DNA from: an uncultured Clostridia bacterium
Lineage (GTDB): Bacteria; Bacillota; Clostridia; TANB77; CAG-508
DNA: 32,000 bases
NCBI GenBank assembly: GCA_963558245.1
Contig: CAUWGA010000002.1
Coordinates: 35,838 to 67,837 of the forward strand
Direction: 5' to 3'
The position numbers were made by a program, and so were the translations under genes. Under the pieces are notes generated by a model. It worked only from the letters and a program-made list of their open reading frames with translations. It ran no database searches and was not told the origin of the DNA. Position 1 is the first letter of the stretch. Each line of letters begins with the position of its first letter. Positions 24,700 to 32,000 of this stretch are shown one piece after another.

Positions 24700-24767
24700 C
24701 TTATCCTCTTTAAATTTTTTTGATATTTTTATATTTTGTCTTTGCAAATTTGCATACTTTTATATTA

Positions 24768-25718
24768 CTATAAATATTTTTTTACTTCTTTAATTATTTT
24801 TTCTTTTACTTGTTGAACTGTTCCTTGTACTTTAGCTCCTGCTGCTCTTGCGTGTCCTCCGCCGCCAAACATTAGGCATACATCTGATACATTTACTTTA
24901 CCATTTGAACGCATTGATATTTTAAATATATTTTCATCATCTTCTTGTCTTATAAAAGCTGATACTTCTACACCTTCAATACTTCTACCTATGTTAACTA
25001 ATCCTTCATGGTCTCCTTCTTCTGCTTTTACGTCTAGTAAATCTTGTTTAGTTACATATGAAAAAGCTAATTTTCCATCTTCTAATAATTCTAAATTTTC
25101 CATAATTATTTTTTGTAATTCAAAATTAGATTTTGTTTTTTCTTGAAGTGTTCTTCTGCAAATATCTGCAATGTCTACACCTTTTCTTAGTAATTCTGCT
25201 GCATATTCAAATGTGTCTGCTGTTGTTGATGGATATTGTAAACCTCCTGTGTCTGTTATTATTCCCATCATTAGACATGTTCCAATTTCTTTGTCTATTT
25301 CAATATTAAAATATGAAAGCATTGTTAATACTATTTCTGAACATGCTGGTGCAACTGGATTTACATAATTAATATCTGCATACATTTCGTTACTTCCATG
25401 ATGGTCTATAGATATTGTTTTTTTAGCTTTATCAAAATATTCTCTATTGTCTATTCTTTTTATTGTTGCACAGTCTAAGCTTATGGCTAAGTCATATTTT
25501 TCTACATCACTTGTTGTTTTTATTTCTTCTATATTTGGTAAGAAGTTAAATGTTCTAGCATATTTAGTTACTATTAAATCTGCTTCTTTTCCTATTTTTC
25601 TTAATGCAAGTTTCATTCCTAAAGAACTTCCTATTGCATCTCCGTCTGGTGTTTCATGTGTTAAAAGAACTATACTTTCAGCTTTTTTTATTTCTTCTAA
25701 AATTTCATCTAATGTCAT
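24768..25718 (-). CDS. nrnA: DHH/DHHA1 phosphoesterase (NrnA-like oligoribonuclease / pAp phosphatase)
   Basis: 316 aa. 'LLTHETPDGDAIGS', 'AISLDCA', 'SIDHHGSN' (DHH) and 'MFGGGGHARAAGA' (DHHA1 GGGH). Confidence 0.82.
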   Translation of the reverse strand: MTLDEILEEIKKAESIVLLTHETPDGDAIGSSLGMKLALRKIGKEADLIVTKYARTFNFLPNIEEIKTTSDVEKYDLAISLDCATIKRIDNREYFDKAKKTISIDHHGSNEMYADINYVNPVAPACSEIVLTMLSYFNIEIDKEIGTCLMMGIITDTGGLQYPSTTADTFEYAAELLRKGVDIADICRRTLQEKTKSNFELQKIIMENLELLEDGKLAFSYVTKQDLLDVKAEEGDHEGLVNIGRSIEGVEVSAFIRQEDDENIFKISMRSNGKVNVSDVCLMFGGGGHARAAGAKVQGTVQQVKEKIIKEVKKYL

Positions 25719-25720
25719 AT

Positions 25721-26086
25721 TTAATTCTCCTCTTCTTTTTTAGGTAAAATCTCTTTTAATATATTGTCGATTCTTGCTCCGTATTCTAAAGAATCGTCTA
25801 ATTCAAAAACAAGTTCTGGAGTGTTACGAAGATTTACCTTTTTAGCTAATTCGCTACGTAAAAATCCTGCTGATTTTTTTAATGCTGCTATTGTTTCTTT
25901 CACATCTTTTGAGTTTAATATACTTACATATACTTTAGCATATTTTAAGTCATTTGTAACTTTTACTTTAGTTACACTAATCATTCCTGTTGCATTAGGA
26001 TTTTTTAGCTTATAACTTATTATATTGCTTAATTCTTTTCTATATTCTTCATTAATACGTTCTAATCTACTTTGACTTTCAGGCAT
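25721..26086 (-). CDS. rbfA: Ribosome-binding factor A
   Basis: 121 aa. 'RLERINEEYRKELSNII...', 'ISVTKVKVTNDLKYAKVYVS' and 'LRNTPELVFELDDS' fit the RbfA KH-like pattern. It sits in the canonical position after infB. Confidence 0.92.
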   Translation of the reverse strand: MPESQSRLERINEEYRKELSNIISYKLKNPNATGMISVTKVKVTNDLKYAKVYVSILNSKDVKETIAALKKSAGFLRSELAKKVNLRNTPELVFELDDSLEYGARIDNILKEILPKKEEEN

Positions 26087-26127
26087 ACCAATTTCTCCTT
26101 TCTATAAGATGGTAAAATTAGGAATAA

Positions 26128-26177
26128 GTCTTTATTTTCTTACTTATCTTTTTATTATACAGTTAGAAAATAAAGAC
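26128..26177 (-). other. Perfect 13-bp inverted repeat with a 24-nt loop between infB and rbfA
   Basis: 26128-26140 gtctttattttct is the reverse complement of 26165-26177 agaaaataaagac. No clean U-tract follows it on the minus strand (ttattcctaatttt). Confidence 0.5.
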
Positions 26178-26201
26178 ACTTCCTAAAAATCCCGACTTTT
26201 A

Positions 26202-29186
26202 TTATCTTTTGATTTCTTCCATAATATATACTTCAATAATATCTCCTTCTTTGATATCATTGTAGTTTTCTATTTGCATTCCACACTCAAAACCTTTTCC
26301 AACTTCTTTAACGTCATCTTTAAATCTTTTTAATGTTGATAGATGTCCTTCATGTATTACTATATTATCACGGATTACTCTTACTCCAGCATTTCTTTCT
26401 ACTTTTCCAGAAAGTACATATGCTCCTGCTATTGTTCCTACATTAGAAATCCTAAATGTTTGTCTTACTTCAACATTACCAATTACTTTTTCCTCATATT
26501 TAGGCTCTAACATACCTGTCATAGCAGCTTCAACATCTTCAATCGCTTGATATATTACAGAATATTGTTTAATTTCCACTTCATCTTTTTCTGCAATGTC
26601 TTTTGCTGTACTATCTGGACGAACGTTAAATGCAATTATTATAGCATTTGATACTTTTGCAAGTGTAACATCAGATTGGTTTACTGCTCCTGCTGCTGCA
26701 TGTATTACTTTTACTCTTACTTCTTCATTTTGAAGTTTTTCTAATGATTGTTTTACAGCTTCAACAGAACCTTGTACATCTGCTTTAACAATTAAGTTTA
26801 AGACTTTTAATTTTCCTTCTTCCATTTGGCTAAATAAATTATCTAATGTTATTTTTGTTCCTTGATTAATTGCTTTTTCTCTAGCTTGATTTTTTCTTTT
26901 TTCTATTAAGTGTTTTGCAACTTTTTCGTTTTTAACTTCATAAAAAGTCTCTCCAGCTTCAGGAACTTCTGTTAATCCCATAATTTCAACTGGTGTTGAT
27001 GGTCCTGCAAATTTTACATTTTTACCTTTGTCATCTTTCATTGCTCTTATTCTACCTATAGATGAACCAACAACAATTGTATCTCCAACATCTAAAGTTC
27101 CTCTTTGTACTAGCATTGTAGCAATTGTTCCTTTTGATTTATCAAGCCTTGCTTCAATAACAGCACCTTTTGCTTGTTTGTTTGGATTAGCTTTTAATTC
27201 TAATACATCTGCTTCTAATAGCACCATTTCTAATAATTGGTCTATATTTTGACCATTTTTTGCTGAGATTGGTACAAATATTGTATCTCCACCCCATTCT
27301 TCTGGTACTAATTCATATTTCATTAATTCTTGTTTTACTCTTTCTGGGTTACTTTCTGGTAAATCTATTTTGTTTATTGCAACAATTATTGGAATTCCTG
27401 CTGATTTTGCATGGTTAATTGCCTCTACTGTTTGTGGCATTACACCATCATTTGCTGCAACTACTAAAATTGCTATATCTGTAATTTGAGCACCTCTTGC
27501 ACGCATTGCTGTAAAAGCTTCATGTCCAGGTGTATCTAAAAATGTTATTAATCTATCATCAACTTTTACTTGATAAGCACCAATAGCTTGTGTTATTCCA
27601 CCTGCTTCTCCTTCTATTACATTTGTTTTTCTAATAGCGTCTAATAAAGATGTTTTTCCATGGTCTACGTGTCCCATAACAACGATTACCGGTGGTCTTT
27701 CTACTAATTCTTCTTCTTTATCTTCAGAATCATCAAATAAGATATCTTCATCTGTTACTATTTCTTTTTTCTTAGCTGTTATTCCAAATTCTTGAGCAAC
27801 TAAGTATGCTGTATCATAGTCTACTTCTTGATTAATTGTAGCCATAATTCCATAACCTAATAATTTTTTGATTACATCTGCTGTTGTTTTCTTCATTTCT
27901 GCTGCTAAGTCTTTTACTGTAATAGATTCAGGTATTTCTATTTCTGTTAATTTAAATATTTTTTGTTTTGTTCTGTCTTGTAAATTTTGAGTCTTTCTTT
28001 TCTTTCCACGTCTTCCACGTTCAGTTGTTAAGTCGTAGTAATCAAGCATTCCACCATCTTGTTCTTCAAACATATTTGATAATCTGTTTGTTTGTTTTAG
28101 AGACTTTAATTTTCCTTCATCAAAATCTTTATGGTTATTGTTATTTCTTCTAGATTTATTCTTTTTATTTGTTTTATTTTCTTCAAAACGGTTATTTTCT
28201 TTTTGTTTGTCTATTTCTTTGTTATATTCTCTAACTGGTTCTTTTTCTATGTTTTCTACTGCCATTATGTTTTTAATATTTTTTTCTATTCCTTTTGCAT
28301 CTAACGGCTTTTTATTTCCAAATCTATTATTGTTATTATTGTTTTGGCGATAATCATTTCTACCATTATTGTTTCTATTGTTATTTCTGTTGTCTCTGTT
28401 TTCCCTGTTGTCTCTATTGTCATTTCTGCGATAATTTGAATTTTGGTTGTTTCTTTGTTGTCTACCTTCTCTGTTATCCCTGTTGTCTCTATTATCTTTT
28501 CCATCTCTATTTCTAAAGTTATTATTTCTATCTCTATTAAATTCTTTATTTTCTTTTTTAGGCATTTCTGTATTAACCACTTTTGATGTTTTTTCTTCTA
28601 TTTTTTCCATTTCTTTTTTAGGTCCTATTGTTTCTTCTTTCTTTTCTTCTTTTATTACTACTTTTTCTTCTTTTTTCTCTTCTTTAATTGGCTCTGGTTG
28701 CTTTTCTACTTTTTCTTCTTTGTTACTATTTAAACCAAATAATTCACTTACTGTCATTGGTTTATTTGGTTTATTTCTATATACAATATTATAGTCTTTG
28801 TTTTGTTTTCTTTCTACAAATCCTACATTATTTTTTCTTTCTTGTTGTTTTTTGGTTTCTTCCTTTTTCTTTGTTTGTTCTTCATCTTTAGCTATAATTA
28901 CTTCTCTTCTTATTATAACTGGTGCTTTTTCTTCTTTTTTATTTTCCATTTTCCCCTTATTTGTTTTTCCTTTTTCTTGTTTTTTTGTTTCTTTTTGTTC
29001 TTGTGGTTCTACCTTGTTACTTAGCTTACTTTCTAGCTTTTTAGCTTCTTCTTCATTGATAGCACTCAAATGACTTTTTACTTCTATATTCATTTTTTGT
29101 GCCATTTCTATTACATCTTTACTGGCTAAGTTTAATTTTTTTGCTATCTCATATATTTTTATCTTACCCAATAACTTCACCCCCAT
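26202..29186 (-). CDS. infB: Translation initiation factor IF-2 with a greatly expanded low-complexity N-terminal region
   Basis: 994 aa. G-domain '[14 protein letters not shown]', 'DTPGHEAF' and 'NKIDL' starts only at about residue 498. IF2_N-like '[21 protein letters not shown]' at the N-terminus and again '[21 protein letters not shown]'. The ATG at 29186 overlaps ylxQ by 23 nt; a TTG at 29171 following GGGGGTGA is an alternative start. Confidence 0.96.
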   Translation of the reverse strand: MGVKLLGKIKIYEIAKKLNLASKDVIEMAQKMNIEVKSHLSAINEEEAKKLESKLSNKVEPQEQKETKKQEKGKTNKGKMENKKEEKAPVIIRREVIIAKDEEQTKKKEETKKQQERKNNVGFVERKQNKDYNIVYRNKPNKPMTVSELFGLNSNKEEKVEKQPEPIKEEKKEEKVVIKEEKKEETIGPKKEMEKIEEKTSKVVNTEMPKKENKEFNRDRNNNFRNRDGKDNRDNRDNREGRQQRNNQNSNYRRNDNRDNRENRDNRNNNRNNNGRNDYRQNNNNNNRFGNKKPLDAKGIEKNIKNIMAVENIEKEPVREYNKEIDKQKENNRFEENKTNKKNKSRRNNNNHKDFDEGKLKSLKQTNRLSNMFEEQDGGMLDYYDLTTERGRRGKKRKTQNLQDRTKQKIFKLTEIEIPESITVKDLAAEMKKTTADVIKKLLGYGIMATINQEVDYDTAYLVAQEFGITAKKKEIVTDEDILFDDSEDKEEELVERPPVIVVMGHVDHGKTSLLDAIRKTNVIEGEAGGITQAIGAYQVKVDDRLITFLDTPGHEAFTAMRARGAQITDIAILVVAANDGVMPQTVEAINHAKSAGIPIIVAINKIDLPESNPERVKQELMKYELVPEEWGGDTIFVPISAKNGQNIDQLLEMVLLEADVLELKANPNKQAKGAVIEARLDKSKGTIATMLVQRGTLDVGDTIVVGSSIGRIRAMKDDKGKNVKFAGPSTPVEIMGLTEVPEAGETFYEVKNEKVAKHLIEKRKNQAREKAINQGTKITLDNLFSQMEEGKLKVLNLIVKADVQGSVEAVKQSLEKLQNEEVRVKVIHAAAGAVNQSDVTLAKVSNAIIIAFNVRPDSTAKDIAEKDEVEIKQYSVIYQAIEDVEAAMTGMLEPKYEEKVIGNVEVRQTFRISNVGTIAGAYVLSGKVERNAGVRVIRDNIVIHEGHLSTLKRFKDDVKEVGKGFECGMQIENYNDIKEGDIIEVYIMEEIKR
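28320..28538 (-). repeat. Degenerate in-frame tandem repeats encoding an R/D/N-rich tract ([10 protein letters not shown]...[20 protein letters not shown]) inside infB
   Basis: Residues about 217-289 of IF-2. On the plus strand the unit ctgttgtctct / tccctgttgtctctatt recurs (for example near 28404 and 28470). Confidence 0.8.
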
Positions 29187-29484
29187 TGTTTATTTTTTGT
29201 ATTTCCTTAGATAAATTTATATCTTCTATTCCCAGTATTGCTTTATTATTTTTACCAATTGCTTTGCTTAGTTCTTCTATTTTTCCATGGATTACAATAG
29301 GTATATTATATTGCTTAGATATTTTATTAAATTTATCTTTTGTTCTTTCAGAAGCATCTTCTGCTATAATAAGCAAACTTAGCTTTCCTTTTTGTGCTTG
29401 AATTTCTACACTATCTGCTCCAAATGATACTTTTCTTGCTTTAGCAGATAGCCCAATTAATCCTAATATTTTTTTATTTGTCAA
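29164..29484 (-). CDS. ylxQ: L7Ae-family RNA-binding protein (YlxQ-like)
   Basis: 106 aa. '[42 protein letters not shown]' fits the L7Ae/YlxQ fold pattern. Canonical position between ylxR and infB. Confidence 0.8.
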   Translation of the reverse strand: MTNKKILGLIGLSAKARKVSFGADSVEIQAQKGKLSLLIIAEDASERTKDKFNKISKQYNIPIVIHGKIEELSKAIGKNNKAILGIEDINLSKEIQKINNGGEVIG

Positions 29485-29734
29485 GTATTACACCTCTTAA
29501 TTTTTCATATATTTCATTTGATATTTTTATATCAAATACTTTTTCTAATCTTTTTGATTTTATTAATTTTTCTAAGCATTGAATATCATCACAAATATAA
29601 GCTCCCCTTCCTGGTATTTTTCCAGTTCTATCTATGCTTATTTCATTTTCTTTATTTTTTACAATTCTTATTAATTCTTTTTTTGTCTTTTTTTCATTAC
29701 ATCCCATACATGTTCTTTCAGGTTGCTTCTTCAT
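29474..29734 (-). CDS. ylxR: YlxR/DUF448 family RNA-binding protein
   Basis: 86 aa. 'RTCMGCNEKKTKKELIRIV' and 'GRGAYIC' signatures. Immediately downstream of nusA. Confidence 0.88.
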   Translation of the reverse strand: MKKQPERTCMGCNEKKTKKELIRIVKNKENEISIDRTGKIPGRGAYICDDIQCLEKLIKSKRLEKVFDIKISNEIYEKLRGVILDK

Positions 29735-29772
29735 ATTTGCTCCCTCCTTTATTGTATGTTTTAGCTATATTT

Positions 29773-30897
29773 TTATTCTGTTTCTTCTTGTTGTTCTTCT
29801 TGTTTATTTGCTAATAATTCTTTAAATTGAGTTTCTGATTTTATATCTATTTTCCAGTCTGTTAATCTTGCTGCTAATCTAGCATTTTGTCCTGATTTTC
29901 CAATTGCTAAAGATAATTGGTCATCTGGAACTATTACTTGTGCAAATTTTTCTTCTTGTTTTATATCAACTGCTAAAATTTGAGCTGGCAATAAGCTTGC
30001 TGCTATATAAATTGATGGATCTTCATTCCATTCAATTACATCTATTTTTTCGCCATTTAATTCATTTATAACATTTTGAATTCTAACTCCTTTTTGTCCT
30101 ACACATGAACCTACAGGATCAATATTAGGATCTGGAGAATATACTGCAACTTTACTTCTATATCCTGGGTCTCTTGAAACGCTCTTTATTTCAATAACAC
30201 CTTCATATATTTCTGGTATTTCAAATTCTAATAGCTTCCTAACAAAGTCTGGATGACTTCTTGAAACTATAACTTGTGGCACACCTTTTTGTCCTTTTTC
30301 TACTTTTAATACATATCCTTTTATTTTGTCATTTACTCTATATTTTTCTGTTGGTATTTGTTCTTTTATTGGCATAATTCCTTCTAATTTTCCTAAGTCC
30401 ATTACAACAATATTGTTATCTGCTTTTTGGATAATTCCAGAAACTATTTCTCCTTTTCTTTCATCAAATTCATTATATACTATTTCTCTTTCAGCTTCTC
30501 TTAATTTTTGTATAATTACTTGTTTTGCTGTTTGTGCTGCAATTCTTCCAAAGTTTCTTGGTACTATTTCAATATTTACTTCGTCTTCTTCTTTGTAATC
30601 TGGGTTTATTTTTTGAGCTTCTTTTAAAGATATTTCTAAATCTTCATCTTCTACTTCTTCTACTACTTTTTTTACTGCATATAAATGTGTTGCTCCTGTT
30701 TGTCTATCCATTTCTACTTTTACGTTTTCTAATGAATCAAAGTTTCTTTTATATGCTGTAACTAATGCTGTTTCTATTGCCTCTAATAAATAGTCTTTGT
30801 TCATTCCTTTTTCTTTTTCTAATTCCTCTAATGCTAGTATTAATTCTTTGTTATCAATAGCTTGTTCTTTTGCTTGCTCTTTAGATTGTTTTTTCAT
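29773..30897 (-). CDS. nusA: Transcription termination/antitermination factor NusA
   Basis: 374 aa. N-terminal domain 'LILALEELEKEKGMNKDYLLEAIETAL', an S1 domain, and KH motifs 'VGSCVGQKGVRIQNV' and 'AIGKSGQNARLAARLTDWKIDI'. AGGGAGGA Shine-Dalgarno. Confidence 0.96.
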   Translation of the reverse strand: MKKQSKEQAKEQAIDNKELILALEELEKEKGMNKDYLLEAIETALVTAYKRNFDSLENVKVEMDRQTGATHLYAVKKVVEEVEDEDLEISLKEAQKINPDYKEEDEVNIEIVPRNFGRIAAQTAKQVIIQKLREAEREIVYNEFDERKGEIVSGIIQKADNNIVVMDLGKLEGIMPIKEQIPTEKYRVNDKIKGYVLKVEKGQKGVPQVIVSRSHPDFVRKLLEFEIPEIYEGVIEIKSVSRDPGYRSKVAVYSPDPNIDPVGSCVGQKGVRIQNVINELNGEKIDVIEWNEDPSIYIAASLLPAQILAVDIKQEEKFAQVIVPDDQLSLAIGKSGQNARLAARLTDWKIDIKSETQFKELLANKQEEQQEETE

Positions 30898-30912
30898 TTT
30901 TTTATTCCTCCC

Positions 30913-31371
30913 TTACCAGTTATACACTGTTTTTATTTGTGATATGTTTTTACGTTCTATTTTAACTTTTTCATTTTCTACTTCTATTATTATAAATTCT
31001 TCATTAAATTTTTCTAATACTCCTATATATTCTTTTTTACCATTTGCGTCTTTTCCAAATAATTTTATACTTACTTCATTTCCAATATTTTGTTTAAGAT
31101 GCTTGTCTTTCCTTAGTATTCTTTCTATTCCTGGAGAAGATACCTCTAAAAAGTATGCTTCTTTTATGTAATCTGCTGTGTCTAGTATTTCGTTTATTTC
31201 GTTATTGACTTTTTCGCAGTCATTTAAGTCTATTCCATCTTCTTTATCAATAAATATTCTTAAGAAGTAGTTTTTCCCTTCTTTACAATATTCTACATCA
31301 TATAAGTCATATCCTAAGTTTTTAATTTTTTCTTCGACAAGTTTTTCTACTTTTTCTTCTATCTTTGACAA
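30913..31371 (-). CDS. rimP: Ribosome maturation factor RimP
   Basis: Reading from TTG 31371 (preceded by AAGGGGTG plus 8 nt) gives ~152 aa, (M)SKIEEKVEKLVEEKIKNLGYDLYDVEY...LEVSSPGIERIL..., the typical RimP length and start. The track's 187-aa version begins inside the operon promoter and crosses the leader hairpin, so I shortened it. Confidence 0.85.
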   Translation of the reverse strand: MSKIEEKVEKLVEEKIKNLGYDLYDVEYCKEGKNYFLRIFIDKEDGIDLNDCEKVNNEINEILDTADYIKEAYFLEVSSPGIERILRKDKHLKQNIGNEVSIKLFGKDANGKKEYIGVLEKFNEEFIIIEVENEKVKIERKNISQIKTVYNW

Positions 31372-31396
31372 AATATCACACCCCTTTATACTAATC

Positions 31397-31421
31397 AAGA
31401 GTGGGATTTGTTCCCACTCTT
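31397..31421 (-). promoter_or_regulatory. Leader hairpin between the operon promoter and rimP (possible attenuator)
   Basis: Perfect 10-bp stem aagagtggga / tcccactctt with a 5-nt loop. On the minus-strand RNA it is followed by GAUUAGUAU, an interrupted U-tract. Confidence 0.5.
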
Positions 31422-31447
31422 CTGACTTCACTTTAGTTTCCTTATTT

Positions 31448-31476
31448 ATTATACCCAATTTTTGGCATAAATGCAA
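31448..31476 (-). promoter_or_regulatory. Sigma-A promoter of the rimP-nusA-infB operon
   Basis: Minus strand: TTGCAT - 17 nt (ttatgccaaaaattggg) - TATAAT, just after the upstream stop codon. Confidence 0.65.
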
Positions 31477-31482
31477 GCTTTT

Positions 31483-32000
31483 TTAATCATTTTTTTCTAA
31501 TGTCACAATATTATATGTATAGTTATGATACTTTGCTTCAAACTTCTCTATTGATATTGTTTTATAGTTACTATTATCTTTGATTTTATTGTATAATGTT
31601 AAGTCGCCTGTGTCTACTATTATTATTCTTCCTGTTGCTTCTTCCATTGCTTCTTCTGGTGTTAATGCAACTTCCATTTGTGGTGCATATGCTTTATATG
31701 CATCCTCTATAGACCAATTTCCTAAATTTATAAAATATTGTTTGTTTTCACTTAATTTTGTTGCTACAACTCCACCATTTCCCATATCTGAATAAATCAT
31801 AATATCTTCTGGTTGTAAATTTTCTTTTAAATAATTTATTGGAGCTTCATTTGTTTCATCATAATTTGCTTCCATATTTTGCATTAAATTCATAGATGAC
31901 ATTATAATAACTGCTCCACATATTAATCCAATTATAAATTTGTTGTTTTCTTTTGCTAAGAAATAACATATTGTAAATACTAATAATCCTGTTATAGTAA
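31483..32000 (-). CDS. C-terminal part of a membrane protein (at least two transmembrane helices, then a ~135-aa soluble C-terminal domain); gene starts beyond the right edge
   Basis: The track starts at ATG 31902, but I checked the frame codon by codon and it stays open to position 32000 (...TITGLLVFTICYFLAKENNKFIIGLICGAVIIMSSMN...). The upstream residues are hydrophobic helices. No motif recognised. Confidence 0.6.
   Translation of the reverse strand, partial: TITGLLVFTICYFLAKENNKFIIGLICGAVIIMSSMNLMQNMEANYDETNEAPINYLKENLQPEDIMIYSDMGNGGVVATKLSENKQYFINLGNWSIEDAYKAYAPQMEVALTPEEAMEEATGRIIIVDTGDLTLYNKIKDNSNYKTISIEKFEAKYHNYTYNIVTLEKND

Noticed and set aside
31372-31476. N-terminal 35-aa extension of RimP in the ORF track (MHLCQKLGIINKETKV...).
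   Set aside because: The ATG at 31476 lies inside the -35 hexamer of a consensus promoter, and the extension reads through the leader hairpin. A TTG at 31371 with an AAGGGGTG Shine-Dalgarno gives a normal-length RimP.
1-32000. Mobile elements, prophage or defence genes, CRISPR arrays, and tRNA or rRNA genes.
   Set aside because: I found no transposase, integrase or recombinase-like ORF. There are no regularly spaced direct repeats. No intergenic region has tRNA-like or rRNA-like sequence. The spacers are short and are accounted for by promoters, hairpins or the inverted-repeat element.

Overview
This is a very AT-rich chromosomal segment that looks like a low-GC Firmicute, probably Clostridia-like. 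I infer that from gene content and order only. Every gene I can support (about 30) lies on the minus strand. All listed plus-strand ORFs look like F/L/S-rich antisense shadows of those genes.

The right two thirds (about 13.4-32 kb) is housekeeping:
- The classic rimP-nusA-ylxR-ylxQ-infB-rbfA-nrnA-truB cluster.
- An orphan K/I/N-rich ORF sitting where ribF is often found.
- A class A PBP, then cysS, galE and argS.
- A type-II membrane protein of unknown function.
- An LCP (LytR-CpsA-Psr) ligase.

The left third (1-10978) is a surface-polysaccharide locus that runs off the left edge:
- A PglF/PglE/PglC-like start module.
- GT2 and GNAT genes.
- A phospho-substituent module: LicD, a HAD-family protein and two different nucleotidyltransferases.
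- GT4, a Wzy-like membrane protein and a second GT4.

Upstream of the locus sit a strong sigma-A-type promoter, an odd inverted-repeat-bracketed G+C-rich 138-bp element, a minimal LytTR two-component pair and a frameshifted VanZ-like gene.

I see no rRNA, tRNA, CRISPR array, transposase, integrase or phage genes. I also see no clear-cut new multi-gene system such as a defence island. The best candidates for something undescribed are:
- The inverted-repeat-flanked element at 11096-11233.
- The sensor-less LytTR kinase pair next to the polysaccharide operon.
- The dual-cytidylyltransferase/HAD/LicD decoration module.
- An 80-100 nt extended hairpin in the PBP leader.
- Two orphan proteins.

All family assignments come from motifs read by eye. 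No database search was possible.
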